DNA of 63,942 bases, filler included, from Octopus bimaculoides (GCF_001194135.2; 6 parts of 6 records of this genome joined end to end with filler, not necessarily neighbours in it); one strand, 5' to 3'; positions 38,170-50,552 are shown, counted from the first letter of the whole stretch. Translations and numbers: made by a program. The notes: generated by a model not told the origin, from the letters alone.

Positions 38170-38512
38170 TGGCCTGAGATAGTTGTGTCTTCTTGAGTAC
38201 ATCAAGGCACCAAATATCTCAGCCCTTTGTCATCTCCTTCATAAGGCACAGTGTCTTGAGATCAGCCTTCAATGCTTCATTCCATGTCTTCCTGGGTCTC
38301 CCCCTTCCACAAGTTCCACCCACTTTAAGTGACTGGCACTACTAGATGCAACTGTCTACATCCCTATGCATCAAATGACATAACGAGTGCAGTATTCTCT
38401 CTTACATACTCCATCTAATTCCTCTTATGCCTAACTTTTCTCTCAATACACTAACACTCTGTGGCACATGTACACCGATATTGCCCATCCAGTGGAACAT
38501 CCTAGCTTTTCA
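38170..38512 (-). mobile_element. RTE-clade LINE, C-terminal fragment
   Basis: RMFHWMGNIGVHVPQSVSVLREKLGIRGIR...GGTCGRGRPRKTWNEALKADLKTLCL (with stops). Confidence 0.8.
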
Positions 38513-38827
38513 TATAACATGAACTAAATGCATTTTACAAATAATATGAACCAAATGTGTTTTATCGAGCCACCAGCACTAGAGAAGTTGCCTGCCAGGT
38601 TTAAAGGTGCTTCTCTGTTTTCTGATATGAAGAACCCAAACAGTTAATAAGAATTGGGCTTAACTGATGCAGAGAAGTATAAATATTGAAGCTATAATTT
38701 TCAACTATACAAAGGTTCAGAAATGATTAGCTCAGGAATTATTATAATCAGAAATTTTAGCAAGTTTGCAATCATAAAGTTTCCTGAATTCTTTGATTAG
38801 GGTGATGGAAATTTTATAAAAAATTGG

Positions 38828-38961
38828 TTGTATGCCAAGAATCTCACTTTGCAACCATGTAGTTCAGTCCCACTGTGGGGACAAGTGTTCTCTACTGTAG
38901 TCCTGGGCCAATCAATTCCTCTTGAGTGAATTTGGTGGATGGAAACTGTGTAGAAGCCTGT

Positions 38962-38999
<38 letters not shown>

Positions 39000-39218
39000 T
39001 TCATGTGTGTCTTTGTGTTTGTGTTGGGTTTGTCCCCACCATTACCACTTGACAACCAGTGTTGGTTTGCTTACGTCCCCATAACTTAGCAGTTTGGTGA
39101 AAAGGAGTGTTAGAATAAATATCAGACTTAGAAAAATTAAACACTGAGCTGATTAGTTCGACTAAATCCTTCAAGGTAATATCCCAGCATGGCCACAACT
39201 GAAACAAAAGTAGAAAGA
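38828..39218 (+). mobile_element. SINE family B, diverged
   Basis: Head with gttcagtcccactg, internal (TG)n, tail cttgacaacc...cccagcatggccacaactgaaacaaaag. Confidence 0.75.
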
Positions 39219-39894
39219 TATCTGAGATCATCACAATTTACATAACATAGAATATCTAAAATGATTAACTCTAGCAGAGTTTCAGTATCTTTAAAATTAG
39301 ATAGATCTTGTTTGCCTGCATAAAAAACTTAAATTCCTGTAGTCTAAGAAATCTTTAAATTTTGACATTTCAAGATATTTGAAAATCAGGAATTTCATCA
39401 TGTGAAGGATCTCTAATAGATTTGGATCACTAATGTCAGGAATTTACAATCATAAAAATGTCCAAATTCCAACAAAATAATCCTAAATTTTTTTTATTTT
39501 TTACAATCACAGCAATATTGAAAATTTTTGAATTCCACTACATGTGGATTAATTAAATAACCATTTCTGACAAATCCAGAAATCTTAACTATAGAACTGT
39601 ATAAATCCAGAAATGATTATTAAAATCAGAAATTTTGAAACATTTGCAACCGTAAAAAAAACTTCCAAATTCTCACAGAATTACAAAGCTGAAAATTGGA
39701 AATTTTCACAATGACTGTAAAAATGATTAATGGCATCATGTCCAAAAGATAAAATTATAACTTTTGACTGGATGATAATTTTTGAGGCCAGAAATGTTGA
39801 CAGTTGCAATCATGGAAATTTCATCTTATTATATGGCTACATGTTTTTTAGGAGTGGAAAATAATCCTTCATTATGGATTTAAAGTTTACAATA

Positions 39895-40440
39895 TAGGCA
39901 TAGGTGTGGCCATGTGGTAAGAAGTTTGTTTCCCAACCACATGGTTCCACATTCAGTCCCACTGCACAGCACCTTGGGTAAGAGCATTCTGCTATAGCTC
40001 TGGGCTGATCTGAGCCTTGTGAGTGGATTTCGTAGACGGAAGCTGAAAGAATCCCATCATACATATATACCTATGAGTGCATATTTTTGTGTTTGTGTGC
40101 ATGAGGGTCGATTCATTCAACTAAAACCTTTCATGGTGTTGCTGCAGCATGGCTGCAGTCCAATGACTTAAACAAATAGGGAAAATAAATAGGTGACTGC
40201 ATATGTGTTCATGTGTGAGTCTGTCCCCCACCACTGATTGATAACCAGTGCTGGTGTGTTTATGTCCCCATAAGTTAGAAGTTTGACAAGAGAGACCAAG
40301 AGAATAAGTACCAGGTTTTAAAATGAAAAAAAATAAATACTGGGGTCAGTTTATTTGATTAAAAAAATTCTTCAAGGTGGTGCCCCAGCATGGTCACAGT
40401 CTAATGGCTGAAACAAGTAAGAGAATAAAAGAACAAAAGA
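39895..40440 (+). mobile_element. SINE family B with an extra 3' module
   Basis: Head 39895-40060; a first tail (ggtcgattcattcaact...gcatggctgcagtccaatgact) at about 40105-40190, then the normal tail 40215-40440. Confidence 0.75.
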
Positions 40441-40504
40441 GTTATTTTAGAAAGCAAGCTGAAACCCAGACTGGTCCCCAATTTACATATAAAAATGTCT
40501 TTCA

Positions 40505-41300
40505 CATACATGTGGTTTTGGATTCAGACTCACTGCATGGTACTTCCAGCAAATGTCTTCTACTAAATCCCCATGCTGACCAAAGCCTTGTGAAAGAATT
40601 TGGTTGAGAGAAATTGAAAGTAGCCTATCATTATGTGTATGTCTGCGTGTGCGTGTATGTGTGTAAGTGTTTCCTTATTGCATGACAGTTGTAAACAAAT
40701 GCTATTGCCATACTAGCAGCGGTGTGGAGGTGCAATGGCCCAGTGATTAGGGCAGCGGACTCGCGGTCATAGGATCGTGGTTTCGATTCTCAGACCGGGC
40801 ATTGTGAGTGTTTATTGAGTTAAAACACCTAAAGCTTCATGAAGCTCTGGTAGGGGGTGGTGGTGAACCCTGCTGTACTCTTTCACCACAACTTTCTCTC
40901 ACTCTATCTTCCTGTTTCTGTTGTGCCTGTAATTCAAAGGGTCAGCCTTGTCACATTCTGTGTTACGCTGAATCTCCCCCGAGAACTACATTAAGGGTAC
41001 AGATGTCTGTGGAGTGCTCAGCCACTTGCACGTTAATTTCACAAGCAGGCTGTTCCGTTGATCGGATCAACTGGAACCCTCGTCGTCATAACCGATGGAG
41101 TGCCAACCACTAGCAGCGGTGTTTGTTTCCAATCTTCTATGAAAATATGTTGAGCCATGTGGAAATATTACCTTACCTTGATTGGAAACATGAGAGTTTG
41201 TGATGGGGAAACGCATCCAGCCGTAGAAAAAGAAATTTGTATCAACTAATTCGATCTGACCCATGTTTGTACGAGAAAGTGGACATCAAAGCAACAATAT
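40505..41300 (+). mobile_element. SINE family B2, host of a nested SINE
   Basis: Head 40505-40630; body resumes after 41122; tail gcatccagccgtagaaa...ctgacccatg...aaagtggacatcaaa. Confidence 0.65.
40726..41108 (+). mobile_element. tRNA-derived SINE, family D, with 14-bp TSD
   Basis: tRNA-like head ggaggtgcaatggcccagtgattagggcagcggac...gtttcgattc; TSD actagcagcggtgt at 40712-40725 and 41109-41122. Confidence 0.9.
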
Positions 41301-41339
41301 AAACCATTCTTAATCACAAGACTTGTATATTGACTTCAA

Positions 41340-41548
41340 ATTTTGGCACAAGGCCAACAATTTTGAGGGAGGGCTTAAGTTGATTGCATCAACCCTAGTG
41401 CCCAACTGGTACTTACTTTTGTCCACCTTGGAGGGTTGAAAGGCAAAGTCAACCTTGGCAGAATTTGAACTCATAATATAAAGACAGATGAAATACCATT
41501 AAGCATATTGCCCAACATGTTAATGATTATGCTAGCTCACCACCTTAT
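41340..41548 (-). mobile_element. SINE family A, CpG-decayed
   Basis: ggcacaaggccaacaatttt...gaaaggcaaagtcaaccttggcagaatttgaactc...gctagctcaccacc. Confidence 0.85.
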
Positions 41549-41848
41549 AAGGTTAGTATATTAGCTGACAATTTTGGTTATATATACTTACTTTTTCAAA
41601 TTAATTAATTTCCTAGATACCACGCACAACCATTCCAGAGAAATAATCCAGACAAATACTATACTAATTCTATATTGTCTATAACTGTTAAATTGGAGAT
41701 AATATGACTCCATCATTATATATTGCATTTTTAAATATTCATAAGCTGATTATCACCTCTGCACCCCGTCTACTCGTAGGACTTACAATTGAAACTCTAC
41801 AAAGTGTTTCATCGTCCTGACTGTATTGATTATTACTGGTATTACTAT

Positions 41849-42097
41849 GGTAGTGGATTGGTGGAATCATTAGAGCATTGGAAAATTACCCTGTGGCATT
41901 TCTTCCAGTTCTTTATGTTCTGAATCGGAAACAAGTGGGGGTGGGTGACAGGAAGGGCATCCAGCCATAAAAAAAATTCTGCCTCTATGAATTTCATATA
42001 ACCCATACAAGTATAAAAAAGTGGATCTTAAAAAGTTGGTGACGATGATGATGACCACAAAGTGGACCTTAAAAGGTTGGTGATGATGATGATGACA
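41849..42097 (+). mobile_element. Chimeric SINE remnant (A-like head joined to B2 tail) with duplicated 3' terminus
   Basis: Head to gttctgaatc (about 41926), then ggaaacaag...gacaggaagggcatccagcc; terminal 38-mer aaagtgga(t/c)cttaaaa(a/g)gttggtga(c/t)gatgatgatgac occurs twice. Confidence 0.6.
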
Positions 42098-42576
42098 ATT
42101 TCCTCCCACACTAAAAGCTGTTACACGTTTTATCTTCATTTATAGATATGATAATGGAGAAAGAAATAAGGACAATTTTAAAGAAGAATATTACTTTCAT
42201 ACCTTGCACACATTTTGATAAATCACGAAGATTAAACAGATAATGTGATTTAGTTGGTGTTGGGAGAAGGTCGGATTTCATGTTGCAATAAATCTCCACA
42301 GCTGCGCAGACAATCGACTCAACACAGTGCTGGATAGCTTGTGGGAACTCAATAAAGAAACCACTAAGAATAGCCTACAACAACAAAAAACAAAAAATGC
42401 AAGGGAAATTTAATAGCAGTTTTATTTTTTTACTAACCTGTAAAAATAACTTTGGTCGTTAGACAAATGAAACAGCAACCAGAAAAGACGTATATAATCA
42501 GAGATTAAACAGACAGAACACATGACAAATTAACTATGATGTGTTGAATATAAAATGATATTATAAGTAAAGCCTT

Positions 42577-42905
42577 GTGAAGGTGCAAAGGTCAGTGGTT
42601 AGTGTCGGGCTCATGATCATGAGGTAGTGAGTTCGATTCCTGGACTGGGATATATGTTGTGTTCTTGTGCAAGATACTTTACTTCATGTTACTCCAGTTC
42701 ACTCAGCTGTAGAAATGAGTTGCAATATCACTGATGCCAAGCTGTATCGGCCTTTGCCTTTCTCTTGGATAACATCAGTGGCATGGAGAGGGGAGGCTAG
42801 TATGCATGGGTGACTGCTGGTCTTCCATAAACAACCTTGCCTGGACTTGTGCCTCGGTGGATATCTTTCTAGCTGCAATCCCATGGTCATTTATGACTGA
42901 AGGGT
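42577..42905 (+). mobile_element. tRNA-derived SINE with CORE-like central domain
   Basis: Head ...gagttcgattcc..., then gtgttcttgtgcaagatactttacttcatgttactccagttcactcagctgtagaaatg, resembling the MIR/CORE consensus. Confidence 0.7.
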
Positions 42906-43183
42906 ATCTAATAATATAAGCAACAATTTGGAACCAGAAACAAGTAAGGAAAATAAGCCTCTTTTGCTAGTGGGAAATGACAGAGGAATTATCTTGTGGG
43001 GGTAAAATAGTACAGTTATTAACAGTTCTAATTAGTAGAAACAATTTATGGCACAAAATTTGAGGGTTTGATTGGTAGGTATGCGTTAGTGAAAACTCAG
43101 AATGCAGTCATTAGGTATGTGACAGATGTGTAGTTTAAGACTTATCATTAGGTTTGTTGCTTTCTTCTATTTCTATTTCAAAA

Positions 43184-43430
43184 GGCACAGGTATAGCTGT
43201 GTGATTAAGAAGCTTCGTTTGCAATCATGTAGTCTCTGGTTCAGTCACTTGACAACTGATGTTAGTGTGTTTACATCCATGTAACTTAGCAGTTCAGCAA
43301 AGGAGACTGATAGAATAAGTACTAAGCTTACAAAGAATAAGACCTGGGATCATTTCCTTTGACTAAAAAACCTTGAAGGCAATGCACCAGTATGGCTGCA
43401 GTCAACTGACTGAAACAAGTAAAAGAATAT
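43184..43430 (+). mobile_element. SINE family B with internal deletion
   Basis: Head jumps at ggttcagtc|acttgacaac directly into the 3' body, deleting the microsatellite-bearing middle. Confidence 0.75.
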
Positions 43431-43558
43431 ATATATATATATANNNNNNNNNNNNNNNNNNNNNNNNNNNNNNNNNNNNNNNNNNNNNNNNNNNCCAACT
43501 TAAGCAGCCAATTTTGATTATTTTTAACTAAAACTATCATGACAAAAGAAAGACAAAT

Positions 43559-43757
43559 TTAACCCATTAGCATTCTGATTATTCTGTCAAACATACTGCT
43601 TATTTATTCACATTGTTTTAAACTAATCATGCATTATCTCATGGCTTCAAGACTTCAATGATAGGGTAGATGTGAGAGACTGGATCTGGCCAGTTTGAAC
43701 ATAAAACAAATAGAATATTTAGGAGAGATATGGTCAGTTTAAATGCTAAAGCATTAA
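43559..43757 (+). mobile_element. piggyBac-like MITE
   Basis: TTAA-cccattagcatt ... aatgctaaagca-TTAA; interior shared with the 47091 and 32666 copies. Confidence 0.75.
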
Positions 43758-43785
43758 AGAAATACAATGGCACAAAGCATAAATA

Positions 43786-44347
43786 CAGGGAGTCCCCCAA
43801 CAAAACTAACATCATTTGAAATGTAAATAGCTGAGTAACTACATGTTCTAGGCAAATGAAATTAAATTAGCTTCATGTTGAATGATAAAAGATTTATTTA
43901 TCAAAATTCAAACAAGAGATCCAGAGGGATGTAGGTTATATAATGAATTGCACAAAGCCTCACAAATGTTCAATATGCGCACTGCCTGTGACGTGACACA
44001 CTGACACACATCAAGTCGGTAGTCCAGCTCCTGCCAAGCATGCTGTAGCTTGTCTTGTGTAACATTCCCCAGCACCTCAGTGATTCACTACTTGAGTTTC
44101 TCTACACTTGTAGGAAGAGGGGAGATATAGACCAGTTCTTTCACATAGCCCCATAGAAAAACATCACAAGGTGTCAAGTCAGGTGAACATAGTGGCCATT
44201 TCAACAGCACATTGTCTTTATCACTGGCATGCCCAATCCAAATTTAGTTAGTCTTTACACATTTTGTTAAAATTTGAGATCATTTGAGCAAGAGTTGGTT
44301 ACATTATTAGACTATGAAATGATGTCAATTTTTTGGGAGACACCCTG
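43786..44347 (-). mobile_element. Internally deleted Tc1/mariner-superfamily element (maT/rosa-like) with TIRs and TA TSD
   Basis: TA-cagggagtcccccaacaaaactaacatcattt ... aaatgatgtcaattttttgggagacaccctg-TA; minus strand 44198-43960 encodes WPLCSPDLTPCDVFLWGYVKELVY...WQELDYRLDVC...AHIEHL*. Confidence 0.85.
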
Positions 44348-44584
44348 TATAGTAATCCAGTAATTTGTGATAATCTTACACTAGTTAGTATAATCCAATA
44401 TTATGCAATATATTAACTTACAGTAAACATTAACTTGAGACTGTGTTCCGCAGGAGGGGGTATGTTGAAAACACTGAAATGACGGATAAGTCTTGGTGTG
44501 ATAGCATTTCGACCACCACCAGGGGGTGCACAAGCAGCAGACAAGGTCACATCCTGCAATGATTTTTATGAAATATTTCAAAAA

Positions 44585-44812
44585 TACATTATTTACATTT
44601 GACGGATATTCGTCCTCATCTTGTTTGTTGTTAACACAACGTTTCGGCTGATATACCCTCCAGCCTTCGTCAGGTGTCTTGGGGAAATTTCGAACCTGGG
44701 TTCTCATTCCTATCGATGTTACTATTGTTAACAACAAACAAGATGAGGACGAATATCCGTCAAATGTAAATAATGTAAATAATTCCTCATCTCTTAAATA
44801 TAGAACTGTATT
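44585..44812. mobile_element. Penelope-type pLTR fold-back repeat (perfect 52-bp inverted repeat)
   Basis: 44585-44636 is the exact reverse complement of 44726-44777; a hammerhead motif lies in the left arm extension. Confidence 0.75.
44633..44678 (-). ncRNA. Minimal type I hammerhead ribozyme
   Basis: Minus strand GACAC-CUGACGA-A-GGCUG(GAGGGUAUAU)CAGCC-GAAA-CGUU-GUGUU: stem I GACAC/GUGUU, intact core, 5-bp stem II, palindromic AACGUU stem III, GUU cleavage triplet. Confidence 0.7.
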
Positions 44813-45261
44813 TCAAAAATGTATTCTCAAAATTCATTAACTTTAATGTTTACAACAGGCATACAAGAAATAAGGAGTAAATATATTTAAAATGTAATGG
44901 TTGCAAAAAAAGAGGATTAGTGCAATACCTTCCTTTATAGGAAAACAAAAACAAACTTATACATCACATAAATCAAACAATATTTGTCAATATAATATAA
45001 TGTCATAAAGTTGCTCTGTTCAGTTATTGTAATAAATATTTGTTCCCCTCTGCAAAGTGTATTGTGTCCAGCAATGTATAAAGACATCTGATAGTCAAGT
45101 CACAATCATATTATGTGATATATATGTGATACACACACCCACACACACACATTTATATATATATATCATCATTTATCAACATTTAACATGTTTTCCATGC
45201 TGGCATAGATTGGGCTACTGGCATGGCTTGATATAGAATATATATCATATATGTACAAATA

Positions 45262-45505
45262 TATAGTATTAGGGAAAAGAACCAAGGTTTATGAACTCAT
45301 CGATGAAAATCCACTGTCACATATAGAAAAATTAATAAAACGATAAGTTTATCGATGAGTTCATGAACCTTGGTTCTTTTCCCTAAAACTATATATTTAT
45401 ATATATTTTACTCTGTGAAACTTAATTTAATTTTAATTTTTAATAAATTGATTTTAATTGAGTTTTTACCTGTAATTTTGGATTTTATCCCTAATATTAT
45501 TATCA
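45262..45505. mobile_element. Fold-back interspersed repeat, copy 2 (family of 6614-6910)
   Basis: 45269-45304 / 45351-45386 inverted, 35 of 36 matching; shared downstream tail. Confidence 0.8.
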
Positions 45506-46090
45506 TATATGTATATATATATACATATGTGTGTGTATGTGTGTGTGTATATATGTGTGTGTATATATGTGTGTGTATGTATGTGTGTATATACATATAT
45601 ATCATATATGTATATATGTGTGTGTATGTGTGTGTGTTAGTGTGTATGAGTGTGTGTGTGTGTGTATGTCCTTTAAGATTGTTTACAGGAAACATTTTGA
45701 ATATGCAAATTAAAGCTCTTATTCTATTATGCCAGCTACAGCCTAATGATGCCAAATGGTGACACCAGTCTTTTGGGGTTGCACCAAGCTATGCCAATAT
45801 AATGTAGGATAAATATAGTAATAATAATAATAATCCTTAGATGGAATTTATATTTTAATGCATTGCTGCATACATTTCCACAAATCACATGTTTCTTAAC
45901 GCTATACAATCCTGAAGAAATGAATGCATTAGCATGATCTGCTCCATGTACATAGATACTATGGACTGCTCTGTAATTATTCCAGGAATATAGACTATGA
46001 TCTTAAGAAACATGTGTTTCGTGGAAATGTGCATAGTGATGCATTAAAATATCTATAAATTTTTACAATGATTATCATTATTGTGTGTGT

Positions 46091-46131
<41 letters not shown>

Positions 46132-46295
46132 GATATAGACATCTTCTCACTGCCTGCAGAGATTGTTCTTCTATTATTATGAAATTATATGGAGCATCTG
46201 ATGTAATGTACTCACTCATCAAATAAAAAAAATGCATAAGAAACAGCTGTAATGGACTGACATTTATCCATCGTCTGTTATTTTTCTTTGCTATA

Positions 46296-46374
<79 letters not shown>

Positions 46375-47090
46375 TGACAGATACACACACACACACACAC
46401 ACACAAATAAAGGGGATGTACTGATGCTGATTATGGACATTGACAATATTCCAAATGAACATAACATTTTGTTGAGAAGATCTAATTAGAGTGAAACCCG
46501 TCTACTGCCTTCATTAATTGGTTTTAAACACAAAATCCCACGTCAATATTGCATTTTCTATAAATATTTTCCTAAAAATTCTAATTACTAATTTTACTGA
46601 AGTCCTCTTCCATGCTCTGTAGTTTGAAGATTTTAAACACCCTACAGGAAATTCTTGTTTATTAATTGCATGGATAAACTCACTTAGTTAAATTCTTTAT
46701 TACTCATCATATTATCATATTACATATGTGAGGCTCTATGATATTTGTATTTAGTATGCAGAAGACTCCCCTGAGGTATTTTCCCTTAACTATACTGTCA
46801 TTATTAATTACATTAACCATATCAATATGGATGGACATTAAACAATTATGAGCACCATCTTCTCCAGCTCCTTTAAATAATATAGAAATAAAGATCCATA
46901 CTCATTTCAATCCGGACTATGCATTCTTTTTTCAGGCAATGTAACATCTCCAACACACAGTCTACACTGTCTGCTTTATTGCAAACATGGATACATCTTA
47001 GCCAAGGTTAACAGAAATATAAAAATAAACTGATGCTGTTGATGATGATCTGCTAATATCAAAACTGATTTTACAGGGAGTTTGCATGCA

Positions 47091-47510
47091 TTAACCCTTT
47101 AGGATTCAGATTTGTCTGTCAAATGTAATGTTTATATATTCACATTGTTTTACATTAATCATACATTATCTTGTCACTTCAAGATTTTGATGATGTGATT
47201 GTTTGTTTTTAGAATGACATTGCAGGGTAGGTGTGAGAGGCCAGATCTGGTCAGTTTGAACATAAAACAGATACAAGGGGGTACTGAAAAGTTCCTGGCT
47301 TTGGTGTAAAAGAAAATACAGGTGAGTCAGTTAATTATGATTTTATTCAACATATTCCCTTCTCAGATTCACACACTTATTGCAGTGGTCCTTCAGTTTT
47401 TCTAAGCCCTGTAAAAGAACTCAGAAGGCTGGGCAACCATCCAGGCATTTCACAATACCCTTAAAAGCAGGAACTATCTAAGTTGGCCAGTTCAAATGCT
47501 AAAGGGTTAA
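47091..47510 (+). mobile_element. piggyBac-like MITE carrying a nested mariner-like MITE
   Basis: TTAA-CCCTTTAGGATT ... AATGCTAAAGGG-TTAA (TIR 11 of 12). Confidence 0.85.
47274..47475 (+). mobile_element. Mariner-like non-autonomous element, right TIR truncated
   Basis: TA-caagggggtactgaaaagttcctggct is a mariner-type end; partial inverted copy aagcaggaact at 47465-47475; absent from the 43559 and 32666 host copies. Confidence 0.65.
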
Positions 47511-47809
47511 ATATCCTGAATATATTAACCTTTTTCCAATACTGTGAATCACCTGTGATATTTGTGATATTTCCCTAGCATCCATGCCAGGGAATTACAT
47601 GATATTTCCCAGGCTTGGATATTTTCCTGGCATCTATGTATCATATATGATAAGCATTTCCAATTATTTTCAACCATCAGTGTAACTTGGGACTTATGAA
47701 AGGAAAACCATCCAGGTGAGATTTACAGTACAGGTTGTACTAATCACTAAGTAGAGAACAAGGCTTGTGAGACCTCCATTCAGGTGATTTTCCTGAGTCA
47801 CCATCTTAC

Positions 47810-47980
47810 CCTGGCATGCCAGTCTGTCAAACAGTTACCCATTTTACAGGTGAGTGGAATGAAGTAACATGAAACAAAATGATTTGCTCAAGAACACAAC
47901 ACACCACCCAGTCTGGGAATTGAACCCTCAATCTAGCAACTGTGAGTGCATCATCCTAACCACTAGGCCACGCATCTCCA
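47810..47980 (-). mobile_element. CORE-like tRNA SINE
   Basis: Reverse strand tggagatgcgtggcctagtggttagg...ggttcaattccc...gtgttcttgagcaaatc...ccactcacctgtaaaatgggtaac. Confidence 0.7.
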
Positions 47981-48542
47981 CTAGTTGGGATTGGTTGTTC
48001 AACTTTGTCAACAAGAAAAGAAAGCTTTATATTACTCAGAGCATATGAAAAAAAGGGCTAACTAAAAATCTGTATGGAAGCATGGACATTTAAGACAAAC
48101 TTATGCAAATACTTTGGATAGGCAGAGGGTCAAATTATGATTTAAACTTAATTAATTAAGAATAAATCCACAGACACTTTCCCAACCATAAAAATTGAAT
48201 TTTGAACAATGTTCTAAGCCTTTGATTTTTTTAAGCATCCAACCATGAATACCATAACTATATCTCATTAATCTCTTAAATCCCATAGATATATATCAGC
48301 ATTTAATGTTATAGACTTTTTCTATGGTTATTTCTGTGACTCTATTGTTATTTTGGTCAGTTATTTCTGAAATTCTGAACATCATAACTCTAACAAACTC
48401 AATATTTTGACTGACAGACAGACACACATACATTTATGTATATAAATATTCTTATATATATGTATGTATGTGTGTGTACATTTGTATGCATGTGTGTATA
48501 TATGGATATATATATATATATGAACATATGCATACCCACACA

Positions 48543-48612
<70 letters not shown>

Positions 48613-48640
48613 GTATATATATATATATATATATATATAT

Positions 48641-48839
48641 GGCCGTTTCCGTGCGGGTGACACGTAAAAGCACCCACTACACTCTCTGAGTGGTTGGTGT
48701 TAGGAAGGGCATCCAGCTGTAGAAACTCTGCCAAATTAGATTGGAGCCTGGTGTTGCCATCCGGTTTCACCAGTCCTCAGTCAAATCGTCCAACCCATGT
48801 TAGCATGGAAAGCGGACATTAAACGATGATGATGATGAT
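48641..48839 (+). mobile_element. Young retroposon 3' portion with (GAT)n tail
   Basis: gttaggaagggcatccagctgtagaaac...aatcgtccaacccatgttagcatggaaagcggacattaaacgatgatgatg; tail related to family B2; CpGs retained. Confidence 0.75.
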
Positions 48840-50552
48840 ATATATATATATATATATATATACATACATACAAAACCTCCATAAACTAGAAACCCTTAAA
48901 TAAGTATTAGAATCCTTATGAAGGACAATCATACAATACCAATGCTGGATACAATATAAACAACAAAACCACTAGAAACCATAAAACTAAGAATCCCTTA
49001 ACAAGTCTGACCCTATGAGAATGGCAGACAACTTAGAACAATGAGAGCACAAGATATAAATGATTCACAGACAACAAACACATCAAATATGTACTTCCAT
49101 CAACAGCTGCCTAATAGATATCATTATAATTTCAACTCTTGGCCAGTATCATTCAGTCTAGCAGTGTCAACAGTATTGAAAACATAACTGCTGCCTAAGA
49201 ATTAACAGACAAAAAGCAAGAGTGAAACATTAATAAAATATGTCCATTATTTCTACACCTAATTATTACAAATGCAAGGATCAAATCTCAGACATAAATT
49301 ATTTCATACCTATAGCTATGAAGCACAGAAATTAAGAATACTACGCATTAAAACATAGAAATATCTTCAAAATGAACACTGCCACCTTGATGATTATAGA
49401 ACTTAAGATGCACTAGCAAACTAAACATATTGAACAAAAATTACTGAACTACATCAAAAACACATATTACCAGTACATAAAACAGAAAATAATAACCTAA
49501 TGAATAACCAAGCTGAAACTTCAAACATATAGATTAATTACAGAACATAGACCAATAAACATTGCTACTCCACAATCTATAGCATTTATTTCAAACACAA
49601 AAACATAATTAAAATGAACCAAATGTAAACTAGCAGAATAATATATTACTTTAACTAGTAGAGATCAATATCTATTAAAAATAAACCTTAATTACAAGAA
49701 ATATATTTAAATGAATATTTCACCTAAAAACATATAAATAATGTAAAATAAGATAAACTTTACTAAAAGACCCTAATTATATTGAAAATATTCACTAACA
49801 TACTTAAAACCTGAAAACATAATTAAAATTATCTAAATGTAAACTAACAGAATTCCATATGATTTAGCTCTCAGGCCTTGACTGTCAGCAATAAACCAAT
49901 ATAGACCTGCAACTATTAAATAGACAAAAATTATATTTAAACCAATAATTTCATCTAAAGAACATATGATATATAACCTAAAATTGACTAAAATCATAAT
50001 AGAAATATTCATAATATGTAATAACAAAACACCACATTCAGCAAAGAAATTAACAGAAGCACAGACTAAACACATTAACTGTTGCTTATAGCCAAAAGAT
50101 CTTAGTAATCTATGAGCAGAAGTCTATACCTATTCTCTAATAGAAGTGATGTTGTACACAATAATACACAATAATATACGACAACTGATCTACAAACTAT
50201 AAAGCAATGATGTTAGATTCAGTATTAATTAAAACTAATTATTCCATATATCTTTGCTAAGTTATAAACTAGAAATCACCCCATAGTTTCTCAAAATTTC
50301 ACTATGTCTTCCCAAGCAGCAGTTAAAACATTTAACTAATATTTTCTGAATGTCACCTTGCTTTTCTATATGCATCTAATTCTTTTCCAAGACACAACAA
50401 CCTCATTCATAATTCTACTGTATCTAATAACCTGACTGAATAATATGTTATACTTAGAAGAATTCTACTTCATGCTCAAGGCAAGGATGCAATATGAAAA
50501 TTAAAGTTATTAGTTTTATTATAAGTACTAATCACAACCTTTTTATTACCTA

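Noticed and set aside
40726-40800. tRNA gene
   Set aside because: Only a tRNA-like SINE head: no complete acceptor stem, followed by a SINE body and flanked by a TSD. The same applies to the other SINE heads.
45290-45370. Hammerhead in the 6614/45262 fold-back family (cgatgagttc...gaaac)
   Set aside because: Lacks U4 and a stem II; cannot fold into the core.
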